Shown in pieces: positions 46,346 through 56,877 of a stretch of DNA of 64,000 nt (its first letter is position 1; each line of letters begins with the position of its first letter). The position numbers and the translations under genes were made by a program. This DNA comes from a phage: assembly GCA_012455605.1 (NCBI GenBank), contig GCA_012455605.1_3618.1. One strand, given 5' to 3'. The notes under the pieces were generated by a model. The model was not told the origin of the DNA. It worked only from the letters and a program-made list of their open reading frames with translations, and made no database searches.

Positions 46346-48469
46346 TCAGCAACCACAACTTCCGTAGTGCTTAACCCGTTCTATAACTTCCGCTTGCTTA
46401 CCTTTATTGTAAGGACGGGAGTTTGGACTAGACAGGTACCCGGATACACGTCTGATCACACTGATCGTTCCCTCTTCATGGTTTCCACACTCTGGGCATA
46501 CAAAGCCTTTAGCTGTTGCACTAAACTCACCAGAGAAACCACACTTGAGACATTTATCCACAGGTTGGTTAATACCAAAATACATAATGTGTTTATACCC
46601 GAAGTCAACAAGAGCCTCTAAAGCATCTAAATTGTTTTTCAGATTTGGTGTCTCTACGTATCCGATGTTGCCGCCAGAGGAGATCATAGCAAAACCCTCC
46701 TCATACTCCCACTTATCAAAAGGAGAGCTATTGATCCACACTGGCTGATGGAAACTGTTGGTGAGATATTCATGCTCGTGCTTCAACACTTCAGGATATT
46801 CACGATCCAGACAGGTTGCAGCTTTATAGCATAGACTCTCAGAAGGGGTGCCGTACAAGCTAAACGCTAGTCTACTTTCCTTCTTGTATCGCTCACAAGC
46901 ATCTCTCATGTGCTGAAGTATTCCAAGAGCTAAAGCCTTGTCACCCTCCCTGCCCAAAATCTGACAGGTTTCATACACACCAATATACCCAATACTGATG
47001 GAAGCGTACCCGTCATAGAAGAGTTTATCAATACTCTCTTCAGGATCCAGGCGAGCAAGAGCGCCTTCACACCACATGATAGGGTTCTGCCCTGCTTTGG
47101 TGCCTTTCAGACGGTTAACCCTTACAAGGTGAGCTTCATATGCCAAATCCAGATACTCGTCAAGAACGGCAAAGAAATCAACACCTTCCGTCTTAGCTTT
47201 TGCCGCAATCATTGGCAGGTTAAGACTAACAACACCCAAGTTGAATCTGCCGAGGTATTTCTCCTCACCTGTTTCCAAGTCATTGTATTTGCTAAGAAAA
47301 CTCCGGCAACCCATGCTCGTTACTTTGCCATCTGTCGAGCCTGTCACTTTACGATTTAGTGGAACAGAAACAAAGTCAGGATAAATCCGCTCTGCAGAGC
47401 ATTCCAGAGCTAATCGTTTCAAATCATAGTTGGGATCTCCAGGGCTCATGTTGACACCCTCTTCTAGGAAGAACAGCACTTTAGGGAACACAGGTGTGAT
47501 ACGTTCTTCACCAAGACCCATTTTGTGGACTTTCAAATAGTTTTTGGTAATCATTCTACCAAAGACCGAGGTATCCAGTCCTAAACTTAATGTGATGAAT
47601 GGAGTTTGCCCGTTGACAGAGGTTAACGTATTGATTTGATAGAGCAAAGTCTGCATGCTGTCAAATACGTCTTTATCTGTCATTTGCATTGCAACAGTCT
47701 CAGCATCTGGCAACCAATGTTCCTGGCAAAATTTAAGGTTCTTCTCATAGGTTGCTTCAGCATACTGTGCCAGATAATGATCAATATGGCTCATAGTCTG
47801 ACCACCATATTGAGCACTAGCTACCGCACTAGAGATTTGGCTAAGGATTGTTGTTGCAACCCCTATTGACTTCGGCTTACTGACATGGGCGTTACCAATG
47901 TTGAATCCGTTTTCCAACATATCTGGATAATTTACTAAACAACAGTTTGTTAACGGACTGATCAAATAGTCAAGGTCATGCACATGGATGAAGCCTTTAT
48001 TGTGCTCTTCGGAGACACGGTCTGGCAGGATCTGTGTCGATGCAAGGTGTTTGCTAAGGATGCCTGCAAGCAGGTCACGATGAGTGTGTACATGATTGGT
48101 AGGCTTATTTGCGTTTTCTTTTGTAAATTCATCACAAGTGCGATCCAGGAAGCCACTAATATCTGCAAGCAGTTTTCCACCTGCCTCTCTGTTATTATCT
48201 CTTGTCTGCCTATACTGGATGTATTCTCTGGCTGCACATTTTAAACCCATATCCATAAGAGCGTCTTCAACAAGGATATGGATATTTTTTACAGAGATCG
48301 TGCACTGGTCGGTTGGTAGATTGTTAGCAACAACTTCATTAACCGCGCAGGCGATCCGGTAAGCTTCTTCTTCAGTATGTCCAGACTCAAGTAAGGCGGA
48401 CTCTGCCGCCTTGATCACCTTAATTCCGTTATAGAACTCTTCTCTACCGTCCCGTTTTACAACTTTCAC
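46346..48469 (-). CDS. nrdD: anaerobic ribonucleotide reductase NrdD (class III)
   Basis: N-terminal ATP-cone; C-terminal Zn ribbon CLKCG...CPECG and glycyl-radical motif RRVSGYL. Confidence 0.9.
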   Translation of the reverse strand: MKVVKRDGREEFYNGIKVIKAAESALLESGHTEEEAYRIACAVNEVVANNLPTDQCTISVKNIHILVEDALMDMGLKCAAREYIQYRQTRDNNREAGGKLLADISGFLDRTCDEFTKENANKPTNHVHTHRDLLAGILSKHLASTQILPDRVSEEHNKGFIHVHDLDYLISPLTNCCLVNYPDMLENGFNIGNAHVSKPKSIGVATTILSQISSAVASAQYGGQTMSHIDHYLAQYAEATYEKNLKFCQEHWLPDAETVAMQMTDKDVFDSMQTLLYQINTLTSVNGQTPFITLSLGLDTSVFGRMITKNYLKVHKMGLGEERITPVFPKVLFFLEEGVNMSPGDPNYDLKRLALECSAERIYPDFVSVPLNRKVTGSTDGKVTSMGCRSFLSKYNDLETGEEKYLGRFNLGVVSLNLPMIAAKAKTEGVDFFAVLDEYLDLAYEAHLVRVNRLKGTKAGQNPIMWCEGALARLDPEESIDKLFYDGYASISIGYIGVYETCQILGREGDKALALGILQHMRDACERYKKESRLAFSLYGTPSESLCYKAATCLDREYPEVLKHEHEYLTNSFHQPVWINSSPFDKWEYEEGFAMISSGGNIGYVETPNLKNNLDALEALVDFGYKHIMYFGINQPVDKCLKCGFSGEFSATAKGFVCPECGNHEEGTISVIRRVSGYLSSPNSRPYNKGKQAEVIERVKHYGSCGC

Positions 48470-48744
48470 TTTTTCTCTCCAAAACCATTCTTAACAAAAG
48501 AGATGAAATCGTCGGCACCGCCTATATGGACACTGTCAAGATCGCTTTCTAAGAAGATCTGCGGCAACGTTCTGGGGACAATTGGACTGCACTTCTCAAT
48601 AAGCTCTTCTTTTGTGTAGCCCTCGCCAAGTGTCTTATATACAAAAGGCAGACCTTTGCTGATTGCAAATTCTTTTGCTCTGACACAATGTGGGCAGTTA
48701 TCCTTACCGTAAATGATGATGAAAAAAGATTTTTCGCAGCTCAT
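48466..48744 (-). CDS. glutaredoxin/NrdH-like redoxin
   Basis: CPHC active-site motif near the N-terminus, 92 aa. Confidence 0.75.
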   Translation of the reverse strand: MSCEKSFFIIIYGKDNCPHCVRAKEFAISKGLPFVYKTLGEGYTKEELIEKCSPIVPRTLPQIFLESDLDSVHIGGADDFISFVKNGFGEKK

Positions 48745-48747
48745 ATA

Positions 48748-49836
48748 TTAAAACTCCCAAATTTCTTCTTCAGCGTCGTTAACAGTTGTGTTGACGCGGT
48801 AGTCAGTGTTCGACATTTCTTGGTTCGCCGTCTGTTGTAATGAAGGTTTCATCCACACCTGCATAAACGGTAGCGGGTCCTTTGTTGGCGGCACAAAGTC
48901 TTTGTCGATGTCGTAGTAATCATAAATCGGTGAGCAGTTATAGTCAACCCACTCTTTAAGCAACGGTGAGTTAAGACCTATAATCGCTCTTCCTTCGCTG
49001 AAAATATAGTCACTCCAACCGTACTCTTTGGTTCGTACTTCATCAAGAATCTCTTTTAACTCCCCCTTTATCTCAAGGAAGCTTTTCTCCCATGCGGGAT
49101 CATTAAGCAAGATATCAATGATGGCAAAATCACCTTTCGAATGTAGCATTTCGTCAAGCATGATTTTTTGAACAAGCTGCGCCACCTGAACAAAGATACC
49201 CTGTTCAGCTACTGCGAAAGTGCATGCAAAACTTGCAATAAACTCAATACTTTCCAGAGCTAAAAGCGCAAAAAGCGCTCTAAGAATGCATTTCCGCACA
49301 ATATCTTCTTCAACACTAGAAGGATCCAGGCGGTATTTTGCACCAATAACCTCAAGCTCTTGCATGTATTTGACAATAACGCCGGATCTGCTCAGAACGT
49401 TTTGGTTTTCCTGAATCTCTTCTATAATCTCACGGGCATTGGGGAGGCATTGTCTAACAATCTCTGAGTAAGTTAGTGCGTGAAGAACTTCAATCTCTGA
49501 CTGTTTCATCAATAGAGTGAAAAGCTCACTATTAGTGATGAATGGTGAAAAGAGGCAGATGATCGATCTTGCCGCAACGCTATCAGCCTCCCATTGCCAC
49601 ATCAAGGTCTGCACCATCACGTCATAAGTTGACTTTGAGCATGTTACAAAATCTGAAATAGATTGCGACAAATCCACTTCATCCTCTGCCCAATCTTGCT
49701 CTTTTTGTTTTTTGTATAGTTCAAACAGTTGTGGATATTTTTTGTTGATAGAGTCGTACATACCCATTTGCTGTCCCAGAAACAGCGGATAGTCACCAGT
49801 TTTATGAGCGGTGTTCTCAGCATTAAATACAGCCAT
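48748..49836 (-). CDS. nrdB: ribonucleotide reductase beta subunit NrdB (class I)
   Basis: Di-iron ligand pattern and typical C-terminal tail; start moved to MAVFNAEN to avoid overlapping nrdA. Confidence 0.85.
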   Translation of the reverse strand: MAVFNAENTAHKTGDYPLFLGQQMGMYDSINKKYPQLFELYKKQKEQDWAEDEVDLSQSISDFVTCSKSTYDVMVQTLMWQWEADSVAARSIICLFSPFITNSELFTLLMKQSEIEVLHALTYSEIVRQCLPNAREIIEEIQENQNVLSRSGVIVKYMQELEVIGAKYRLDPSSVEEDIVRKCILRALFALLALESIEFIASFACTFAVAEQGIFVQVAQLVQKIMLDEMLHSKGDFAIIDILLNDPAWEKSFLEIKGELKEILDEVRTKEYGWSDYIFSEGRAIIGLNSPLLKEWVDYNCSPIYDYYDIDKDFVPPTKDPLPFMQVWMKPSLQQTANQEMSNTDYRVNTTVNDAEEEIWEF

Positions 49837-49874
49837 TATTCTACCTCTAAAATGGGGCCGAAGCCCCTTTAAAA

Positions 49875-52190
49875 TTATAGTGCACAGCTTTCGCAATACG
49901 GATCTTCAACTGAACTATCTGCAATCAAAGGATAGTTCTTTCTGGTTTCATCTTCAGCCTGTTTCTTGGCATGAAGTTCCTCTGCCAAGGAGTCACCAGC
50001 ACCAACCCTAGAGTTTAAATAATACCATGTCTTCATCCCGAATTTAGTGGCACGGATAAGGTACCCTAACTGCTCCTTCATTGAAATTTTACCATCTTTC
50101 AACTTGGTGTAGTCTATGTATAAATCCGCGCTGATTGCCTGACCTGTGAATTTTTGAATCACGGCATACATATCGATCATGTCGTTAGTATCAACGTCCC
50201 AAGCCGAGGTGTAATACTCTTTCAACTCATCATAGTCAGGAACGATAAACAGCACCTGCCCTTGTGGCGACTTTTTAAAGATAATGTGCTCACGGACAGG
50301 ATAAACCCCGTTAGTGGTGTTTGTTGCCAGCGAAGAGCTTTCATTAGGCATATATGCTTCAAGAACGCTATTACGTAGCCCACCATTCTCAATGATTTCT
50401 TTACGTAACCCTTCCCAATCCTGTTTAAGAGAAGGATCTTTCACCACGCTATCGACCTCTTTGTTATAGGTGTCGATTGGTAACCAACCTTCTGGATATT
50501 TTGTTTTATGCATCCACTCGCAGACACCACGCTCTTTTGCCAACCGTAAACTTGCCTTATGCAAGCTGTAGCTGTGAAGTTCTGCAAGATCGTGAACGAG
50601 CTGTTTACTTTCAGGAGACCCGTAAGTAACCTTGTGGCTGGCAATAAAATGTGCAACATTGGTAAGGCCAACCCCGATGGATCTGCGTTTTTTAACTGTG
50701 CTTTCCATATTTTCATACGGATATGTCATGATTTCCATAACATTGTCAATCATAAGCACCGTATAGTATGCAACATCCTCATACTCCTCTGGAGTAACCC
50801 TCCCAGCTACAAGAGATGACAGGAAGCACAATGCAACCTCTCCATCATCAGCATCGTACTTGAAGATATTACGCATATCTGAATAGCCTTTTGTCGGGAG
50901 GGCTATTTCTGCACACAGGTTGCTTGAATAGATCACATCTTTAAAAGGTGTATGTCTATTCATCTCATCTGTCCAGTATACGTACAGCCTTCCCACCTCA
51001 GTGCGCTGCGTGATCAGTTCAACAGCAAGATCTCTAGCTCGGATCCATGTTTTAGGAATACTGTCATCTTTAGCAATACGATCAACCTCTGCATCAAACT
51101 CCTCCATAGACATGGTGAAGATACCCTCATGCAGTTGAGGCGCGTGCTTATAAGAAACAAGCATCCAATCTAAATTCTTAGCCACACGGTTGATAAACGA
51201 CCTATTAATACCGATGGAGTAGTCCATGGTGTTGATTCTTTTTGAAGCAACAGTCATAGGGTTTCTCAAACGGATTAGCTCATCAATCTGCGGGTCCAGT
51301 GCAAGGAATGATACTGTTGCAGAACCACCACGTGATTGTTGTCTGTTCTCCTTAACCCCAGCATCAATACCTCGATAATATGGAATCTTACCCATATGTT
51401 TAATAGTGTTACCACGAACACCATCGCCTGCAGATCTTGAGGATAAGTAGTAGCCGATACCTGCTTGGTTAACCGTCATTGTGTACGCAACTTCACGTGC
51501 CACACCAATAGATTTTGCTGTATCGTCAGCTTTTATTACACAACAAGATGCATACCCTGTCTTACCTGTGCGCAGCCCGTTTAAGTACGGTGTTGGGGCA
51601 TTGATCTTTAAGTCGGACAGATAAGTGTATAATTTTACAACATCGTTGATACGACGTTCTTTCGGCATATTCTTCATGACAGCCATTGCTATCCCCATAA
51701 ACATCATCTGGGGAGATTCAAACAAGGTGTCTTTAAGAGTATCCTTGATCCCGTATTTGTCGCGAAACTGTTTAAGGACTGCATAGCCATAACCGAGATC
51801 TTTACTGTGGTCAATAACAGCGCCTAAAGTGTTTAGCTCGGTAAAGCTATAACCCATATCCTCCCAATAACCTTTCTCAACCATGTCATTGTAAAATGAT
51901 GGTAAGGAAGGGATCTTTGTAAACCCTCCAAAAGCCTCTTTATAGATCTGACCAATAAGAACACGACCAGCCATACGGGAATGTGCTTCGTCTTTACGGC
52001 TAACACAAGAGTCTATAATAGCTTGGTTAACTTCTTTGGTTGTACATCCATCATACAACCGCTTGTAGGCATCCAGTGCAATATGTGACCAATTGCCGTT
52101 ACCATCGTCACCGAAAATAGCTGCCTTATTTAAACGTTCTGGATCGAATGCCACTTCACATCCGTTGCTTTTAATTACCTTGGTGATCAA
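49875..52190 (-). CDS. nrdA: ribonucleotide reductase alpha subunit NrdA (class I)
   Basis: N-terminal ATP-cone; NLCAEIALP active-site motif; C-terminal CESC pair. Confidence 0.9.
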   Translation of the reverse strand: MITKVIKSNGCEVAFDPERLNKAAIFGDDGNGNWSHIALDAYKRLYDGCTTKEVNQAIIDSCVSRKDEAHSRMAGRVLIGQIYKEAFGGFTKIPSLPSFYNDMVEKGYWEDMGYSFTELNTLGAVIDHSKDLGYGYAVLKQFRDKYGIKDTLKDTLFESPQMMFMGIAMAVMKNMPKERRINDVVKLYTYLSDLKINAPTPYLNGLRTGKTGYASCCVIKADDTAKSIGVAREVAYTMTVNQAGIGYYLSSRSAGDGVRGNTIKHMGKIPYYRGIDAGVKENRQQSRGGSATVSFLALDPQIDELIRLRNPMTVASKRINTMDYSIGINRSFINRVAKNLDWMLVSYKHAPQLHEGIFTMSMEEFDAEVDRIAKDDSIPKTWIRARDLAVELITQRTEVGRLYVYWTDEMNRHTPFKDVIYSSNLCAEIALPTKGYSDMRNIFKYDADDGEVALCFLSSLVAGRVTPEEYEDVAYYTVLMIDNVMEIMTYPYENMESTVKKRRSIGVGLTNVAHFIASHKVTYGSPESKQLVHDLAELHSYSLHKASLRLAKERGVCEWMHKTKYPEGWLPIDTYNKEVDSVVKDPSLKQDWEGLRKEIIENGGLRNSVLEAYMPNESSSLATNTTNGVYPVREHIIFKKSPQGQVLFIVPDYDELKEYYTSAWDVDTNDMIDMYAVIQKFTGQAISADLYIDYTKLKDGKISMKEQLGYLIRATKFGMKTWYYLNSRVGAGDSLAEELHAKKQAEDETRKNYPLIADSSVEDPYCESCAL

Positions 52191-52495
52191 TTTGCTTCCT
52201 CCACTTCACTAACGTATTTATCAAGGCAGGTATCAGTATCTTGCTGGATAAAAGTATCCTCTTCTACAGAGATATTTATAATTTTACCTGTATACTCGTC
52301 ATAATAGACATCATCATACATTTTAATATCGTTTGTCAGGCCATTGAACCAAAGCCAACCAACATACTCTGCCCGACTTGCAAAACCAAGATCCTTCCAC
52401 TTGGAGTTATGACTCATCTTCACCACCTTAGCTTTCAATACCGAATAATTTTTCCAGGCGATGCAGATCTTCAAAATTGAAAGGTTCATCAACAA
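52187..52495 (-). CDS. hypothetical protein
   Basis: 102 aa; true start may be internal. Confidence 0.4.
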   Translation of the reverse strand: MLMNLSILKICIAWKNYSVLKAKVVKMSHNSKWKDLGFASRAEYVGWLWFNGLTNDIKMYDDVYYDEYTGKIINISVEEDTFIQQDTDTCLDKYVSEVEEAN

Positions 52496-52889
52496 TATGA
52501 ATATCTTCAGCCTTTTCAGATTGTTTTGTATACTTTCTTACATTAACACGATCTTCTACAGGGATATCATACGGGAGATCTTGAACAAGCATTGCCTCAC
52601 CAGGTGCTTTATCTACATCTAAAATATCTACACCGTTATACATTTGTGGGTATCTAAAGTCTGCACGCATGACACCAGCAAATACATCTGCCTTTCGATA
52701 ATGTGTTGGCTTATTTTTGCATCGAACGTTTTTTCCACGAAGAACATCAATACTTTTTAAATCAAACCCTACGGCAAAGAGTGCAGCTCGGAGACCGTTT
52801 CGTGTGCGAACGTTAAACCCGGGGACGGTAGATAGAAAATCTAAAGTAACTGAAATAAATGTCTTTTTAGGAATCATAACATTACTCAT
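52428..52889 (-). CDS. hypothetical protein
   Basis: Start moved to MSNVMIPKK with GGAGA upstream, compatible with the promoter at 52930; no confident motif. Confidence 0.4.
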   Translation of the reverse strand: MSNVMIPKKTFISVTLDFLSTVPGFNVRTRNGLRAALFAVGFDLKSIDVLRGKNVRCKNKPTHYRKADVFAGVMRADFRYPQMYNGVDILDVDKAPGEAMLVQDLPYDIPVEDRVNVRKYTKQSEKAEDIHIVDEPFNFEDLHRLEKLFGIES

Positions 52890-52929
52890 ATCTGTCTCCA
52901 TTTCTGGCTCACCAACAAAGTGAGCCATT

Positions 52930-52958
52930 ATTATAGATTATCTAATACTATTAGTCAA
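52930..52958 (-). promoter_or_regulatory. sigma70-like promoter on the minus strand (TTGACT-N17-TATAAT)
   Basis: Near-perfect hexamers read on the reverse strand. Confidence 0.5.
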
Positions 52959-52987
52959 CACAAAAGTTACCTATCGCTGTGATAGGA

Positions 52988-53971
52988 TTAACCTTTCACG
53001 AAGTGGTTATTAAGCAGTTGTCTGTGCTGAACCCACCCACAAAAGTTGGCAGACCAGAATTTACCATCACGGTCTTGATGGGTTACACCTTCCTGCCAAG
53101 TACTGATGTCTTGTGTGATTTCACATGAAGACAGGTAGTAGTTTAAACGTTCCATTGCGTTATCGTGATCCATAGGTGTTGCCTGGTGCTCGTAAGGGCT
53201 TGCATGAATACGATCCCCACCAATCAATTTTTTAGCCACACTATCTGCCTTTTCAAACGTGCTGTCAATATTTCGATAAGATACTTGTGCACAGCAACTA
53301 GCACTGATAGACAGAGCTTCTTTAGTATCGAGAATGCAGAGCTTTCCTTCTGTGTCACGTACAGCGTAGTTAAACTCTCCGTCCAAATAAACGTGCTCTA
53401 CATATGGGGTGTGCCATTGACCCGGTTTAAGGATTTCAGGAGTGCTATTCTCAAGAGCCTCCCACATACAATTAGCTAACATCTGAATCGTAGGATCCGC
53501 ATCGTGCCAGCAACGGAGGTGGAAAAAATTATTCCACTCGGTGCTTGTTACAACTGTTTTCATGCGCTGGAACGGCTCCACTAAGCGGTTACATACTTGC
53601 TTATGGTAACCAGCAAGGGCGAACTTCTCTGCATGCCAAGCGGCGTTTTTTGCAGCTTCTTTCCAAAACTCTTCAGGAGTTAGCTCCATGTCAGTGTACT
53701 CTACACGGATCTTTTGATCGTGTTCCCCACCATCTTCCATTCCTCGCTTATTTACACCGAAGCGAACTGGCATTGCCGGATTCTCCACAATCTGTTGCAG
53801 CATCTTGCCGACAGGTACTGCACGGGAAGACATGGCGTTTCGGCTGAACACTCGGTGCGTCATAAGCTCTGAGTGAATAATTCGAGGATACTCTAGTTCA
53901 AAAGTGGTGATACGCTTACCTTTCTCGGAAATGCTGTCAGCAATAATCTTTGCAGTGCACAGTTTTAGCAT
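52988..53971 (-). CDS. thyX: ThyX-like FAD-dependent thymidylate synthase
   Basis: MTHRVFSRNAMSSRA resembles the ThyX RHR-x7-S signature (first Arg replaced by Thr); neighbours are nucleotide-metabolism genes. Confidence 0.55.
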   Translation of the reverse strand: MLKLCTAKIIADSISEKGKRITTFELEYPRIIHSELMTHRVFSRNAMSSRAVPVGKMLQQIVENPAMPVRFGVNKRGMEDGGEHDQKIRVEYTDMELTPEEFWKEAAKNAAWHAEKFALAGYHKQVCNRLVEPFQRMKTVVTSTEWNNFFHLRCWHDADPTIQMLANCMWEALENSTPEILKPGQWHTPYVEHVYLDGEFNYAVRDTEGKLCILDTKEALSISASCCAQVSYRNIDSTFEKADSVAKKLIGGDRIHASPYEHQATPMDHDNAMERLNYYLSSCEITQDISTWQEGVTHQDRDGKFWSANFCGWVQHRQLLNNHFVKG

Positions 53972-54171
53972 TATTTAGCTCTCCTTGTTTTAATTTTGGA
54001 AATTTCGTCTGGGTTTATGTTGGCCTTAAATGCAAGGTATCTGTTGAACATGTCAGAGCACATATCTTGGGTGATCCTAGAGGCATACACTAGCTTACCT
54101 CCTAGATCATACACCTCTAGCCAGTCACCGTATCTGACTACAGGATCGCCACCTTTAGAACATCTGCCCAT
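53971..54171 (-). CDS. hypothetical protein
   Basis: 66 aa. Confidence 0.4.
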   Translation of the reverse strand: MGRCSKGGDPVVRYGDWLEVYDLGGKLVYASRITQDMCSDMFNRYLAFKANINPDEISKIKTRRAK

Positions 54172-54172
54172 T

Positions 54173-54766
54173 TCAAATACCTTCTAAAAATTTTCCTATT
54201 TTATACCAGCTATTAGCGGTATAGTCAACACTGACCTTTAACTCCTCGAATTGCTCATAAGGCGTATCTTTTAGGATTTTAATAACTTCAGGTCGTGAAG
54301 CGAATTGGTTCAGGTATTCATGCCTGTCGTCAATTATAACATCTACAGCCACATTCCCTTTGAAATGTGTGGCGTAGAAGCCGTGGCCCTGGGTGTGATC
54401 GTCCAGATCCATAAAATCACTGGTCCAACGCTTTAAGAACCTTGATTTAGATGCAAGGTGACCTTTCTTGCATACCGAGATAAATGCAAGCTTGTGACCA
54501 CGAGCCACCAAATCTTTCATAACCTCAATAGCCCCCTCTTCAGGCTTAAGGAAGTCGTAGAGGAACGGATCACTCCAGAAATCAAAAGGTCCTATGATGT
54601 TTTCTTTGGGACGATCAGGCCAATACTTTGACAGATCGTAATACATTAGCCCATTAGAAGGTTTAGCTACTGTCTTACTGGCTGGACCATACAAACGCTC
54701 CAACCACTCCCACCATGCTGTTCCTGAATCTACCAGTGTCAGATCTACATCAATTCCGATTAACAT
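54173..54766 (-). CDS. HAD-family phosphatase, putative 5'-deoxyribonucleotidase
   Basis: N-terminal IGIDVDLTLVD matches the HAD DxDx(T/V) motif; sits next to the dNMP kinase. Confidence 0.55.
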   Translation of the reverse strand: MLIGIDVDLTLVDSGTAWWEWLERLYGPASKTVAKPSNGLMYYDLSKYWPDRPKENIIGPFDFWSDPFLYDFLKPEEGAIEVMKDLVARGHKLAFISVCKKGHLASKSRFLKRWTSDFMDLDDHTQGHGFYATHFKGNVAVDVIIDDRHEYLNQFASRPEVIKILKDTPYEQFEELKVSVDYTANSWYKIGKFLEGI

Positions 54767-55374
54767 TCTTCTTGGGCCTCTTTAGCATCAATATACTTGC
54801 ACACAATCTCCGATGCACACTCCCAAGGTGCACCTTCAGGGTTTACAACATCAAACTCAACCCCTTTTATTCCGTTCTTTTCCAGACTTAGATAGGTTCT
54901 GGAATCATTTCCCCAGTCATATCCTGCACGGTGAATACGGAACAACAACAGATCTCCACCTGTGCTGTATGCGTACTCGCTAAGGCATGCCAGCTCCTCT
55001 TTGAATCCCCCATCGGAGTAAACAATAACCCCTTTACCTTCAGGGAAATCTTTCTTCAAAGATGCGACTGCGGCTTTACCGAAAGCATCTTCACCAAAGA
55101 TAGGTTTAATCAGATTTTCACTACAATGGATCATCCATTCTCGCGGAGAAACATGCTTGCCGTCTATCATTAAGAAAGGGCAAGGCTCTTCTTTGTAGTG
55201 GCGGTCATAAAGTGCATTCCAGAGTTGAGGAGTTACACCAGCTGCCTTAATTGCCACACTGAAGAGCATTTCCTTAACCTCACGGTGGTGTGAGTTAGGA
55301 ATAGCTTCCAACAAGAGATCTGCAATGTGATCCTTACCACTGCTGGGTGGGGCGTTAAGAACAATAATATCCAT
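54760..55374 (-). CDS. deoxynucleoside monophosphate kinase-like
   Basis: P-loop-like N-terminus IVLNAPPSSGKDHIADLL, similar to phage dNMP kinases. Confidence 0.6.
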   Translation of the reverse strand: MDIIVLNAPPSSGKDHIADLLLEAIPNSHHREVKEMLFSVAIKAAGVTPQLWNALYDRHYKEEPCPFLMIDGKHVSPREWMIHCSENLIKPIFGEDAFGKAAVASLKKDFPEGKGVIVYSDGGFKEELACLSEYAYSTGGDLLLFRIHRAGYDWGNDSRTYLSLEKNGIKGVEFDVVNPEGAPWECASEIVCKYIDAKEAQEEC

Positions 55375-55577
55375 TAAAAACCTCCGTGGTATTCTTCAAC
55401 TGCATCAATAATACTTTTACACTTATCTACCAGCTCGTTAGCCACTACAGCATCGTCTTCCCAAACAGCCTCCTCAATCTGATCAAGCAATGATCGCATC
55501 TTACTCATCATTTCTGGGATAAAGTTTTCTGAAAAGCTGTCTGGAATTGTTAACTCTAGTGTCATTTCGGTCTCCAA
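55374..55577 (-). CDS. hypothetical acidic protein
   Basis: 67 aa. Confidence 0.4.
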   Translation of the reverse strand: METEMTLELTIPDSFSENFIPEMMSKMRSLLDQIEEAVWEDDAVVANELVDKCKSIIDAVEEYHGGF

Positions 55578-55592
55578 TCATACTATGCGTTA

Positions 55593-56051
55593 TTAGAAGT
55601 TTGTTTTTACACGTCCCTTCTCATCAACCTCGTTGTTAGCTAAAAGCGTTACAAAGTCTGTGAAACGAACATGAAGAACCCTTTTCTTATCAAGGTATCC
55701 TAAAGCCACCCCTGAGAAATTTAGCATCAAAGGGGCTAAAGAAGCTCTGGCACTGAAATGCTGTTGTTCTACCCTTCCAACACCCTTAGTGTAGGATGGG
55801 TTAAGATTGTAAGTTCTGAATCCCAGTTTTGTTGGAGCTTTAGAATTAAAAACGACTTTATAGCGTTTCTTACTCAACTTATGCTCCAGGATAAGCATTC
55901 CCTTATCACCTTTGATAAGTTGAAAATCTGTAAAGTGCTCTTTTAAGACGAAAGGTAGTGCCAGTCCCATCGCCTGTCCTCTTTGTACCGCTGTCTCACC
56001 AAAAGCTTTTGCATCAGTAAGTTCTTTGGTCAAGTCTATGCTTTTGATCAT
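55593..56051 (-). CDS. hypothetical protein
   Basis: 152 aa. Confidence 0.45.
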   Translation of the reverse strand: MIKSIDLTKELTDAKAFGETAVQRGQAMGLALPFVLKEHFTDFQLIKGDKGMLILEHKLSKKRYKVVFNSKAPTKLGFRTYNLNPSYTKGVGRVEQQHFSARASLAPLMLNFSGVALGYLDKKRVLHVRFTDFVTLLANNEVDEKGRVKTNF

Positions 56052-56862
56052 ACCTGGTCTCCAAAATGTATTGTAGTTCTTTCTTACCTATACTCTTCAT
56101 TCCAGCAGTCTTACCTGCTTCTTCTTGAAAAGAAGAATAGCATTCAGCAAACACTCTGTCAACACCGTTAACTAAAGATTTTATGAAATATGTTGATTCT
56201 TCAGATTTTGGGTCATCATCCCCCAATACTTTTCCAGCATTATACCCAACACGTCTTACACAGAAGTCGTAGTCATCTGGTGTGCTAAAAGAAAATAACT
56301 TATTCTCTCCAATCTCTACAGGATCCCTATTGCACGCCTTTTTCTCCCAAATTTGGAAAACACATGGCACGTCATAAGGTTTGCCATTAAGTAAAAACGA
56401 ATTCTTAGGGCACCTTTCGCTGTAGACAAGGTGCATCGACATGTCCAGTTTGTTTGCAAAAAATATTTTTTCAAATGTCCGTGGCAAGATGAAGGCTATA
56501 GCCCCTCCAAGCTCTAGCAATGATGCACAATGGTTAAAGAATTTGCAAGCTAAGGATGAATTCTTGCCAAATGGTGGGTTACCTATGAAGACATCTGCCT
56601 TGGGATGCACCTCCAAGAAGTTTGCCTGAATGCACGGTGTTGGTCCTTCAAATTCAGGATCTGGTACTAAATCGTACGACAGTATCTCTGAAAATAGTTT
56701 TGAAAAAGAACCCCTTCCAGCAGAAGGCTCAACGTATGCACAATTCCCATACTTATCTTTTACTTTACCAACAAGATATTCTGCATACTCAGGGTTTGTG
56801 TAGTATTTGTCGTTGGACTCTTTCTTGCTCAAAGTGCCTCCAAAAGGAAAAGGGAGGCGCAA
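56014..56862 (-). CDS. N6-adenine DNA methyltransferase (gamma-class, M.TaqI-like motif order)
   Basis: YYTNPEYAEYLV (TP motif), YVEPSAGRGSF (motif I), DVFIGNPPFG (motif IV). Confidence 0.7.
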   Translation of the reverse strand: MRLPFPFGGTLSKKESNDKYYTNPEYAEYLVGKVKDKYGNCAYVEPSAGRGSFSKLFSEILSYDLVPDPEFEGPTPCIQANFLEVHPKADVFIGNPPFGKNSSLACKFFNHCASLLELGGAIAFILPRTFEKIFFANKLDMSMHLVYSERCPKNSFLLNGKPYDVPCVFQIWEKKACNRDPVEIGENKLFSFSTPDDYDFCVRRVGYNAGKVLGDDDPKSEESTYFIKSLVNGVDRVFAECYSSFQEEAGKTAGMKSIGKKELQYILETRYDQKHRLDQRTY

Positions 56863-56877
56863 GCCTCCCTATAATTG

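Noticed and set aside
46119-46358. ORF 46119-46358 (-) overlapping the nrdG start and nrdD end
   Set aside because: It is out of frame with both flanking genes; the region is better explained by the short Cys-rich ORF plus the intergenic spacer.
52428-52928. dUTPase assignment for this ORF
   Set aside because: RTRNGL and AVGFDL vaguely resemble dUTPase motifs but are in the wrong order and the later motifs are absent; left as hypothetical.
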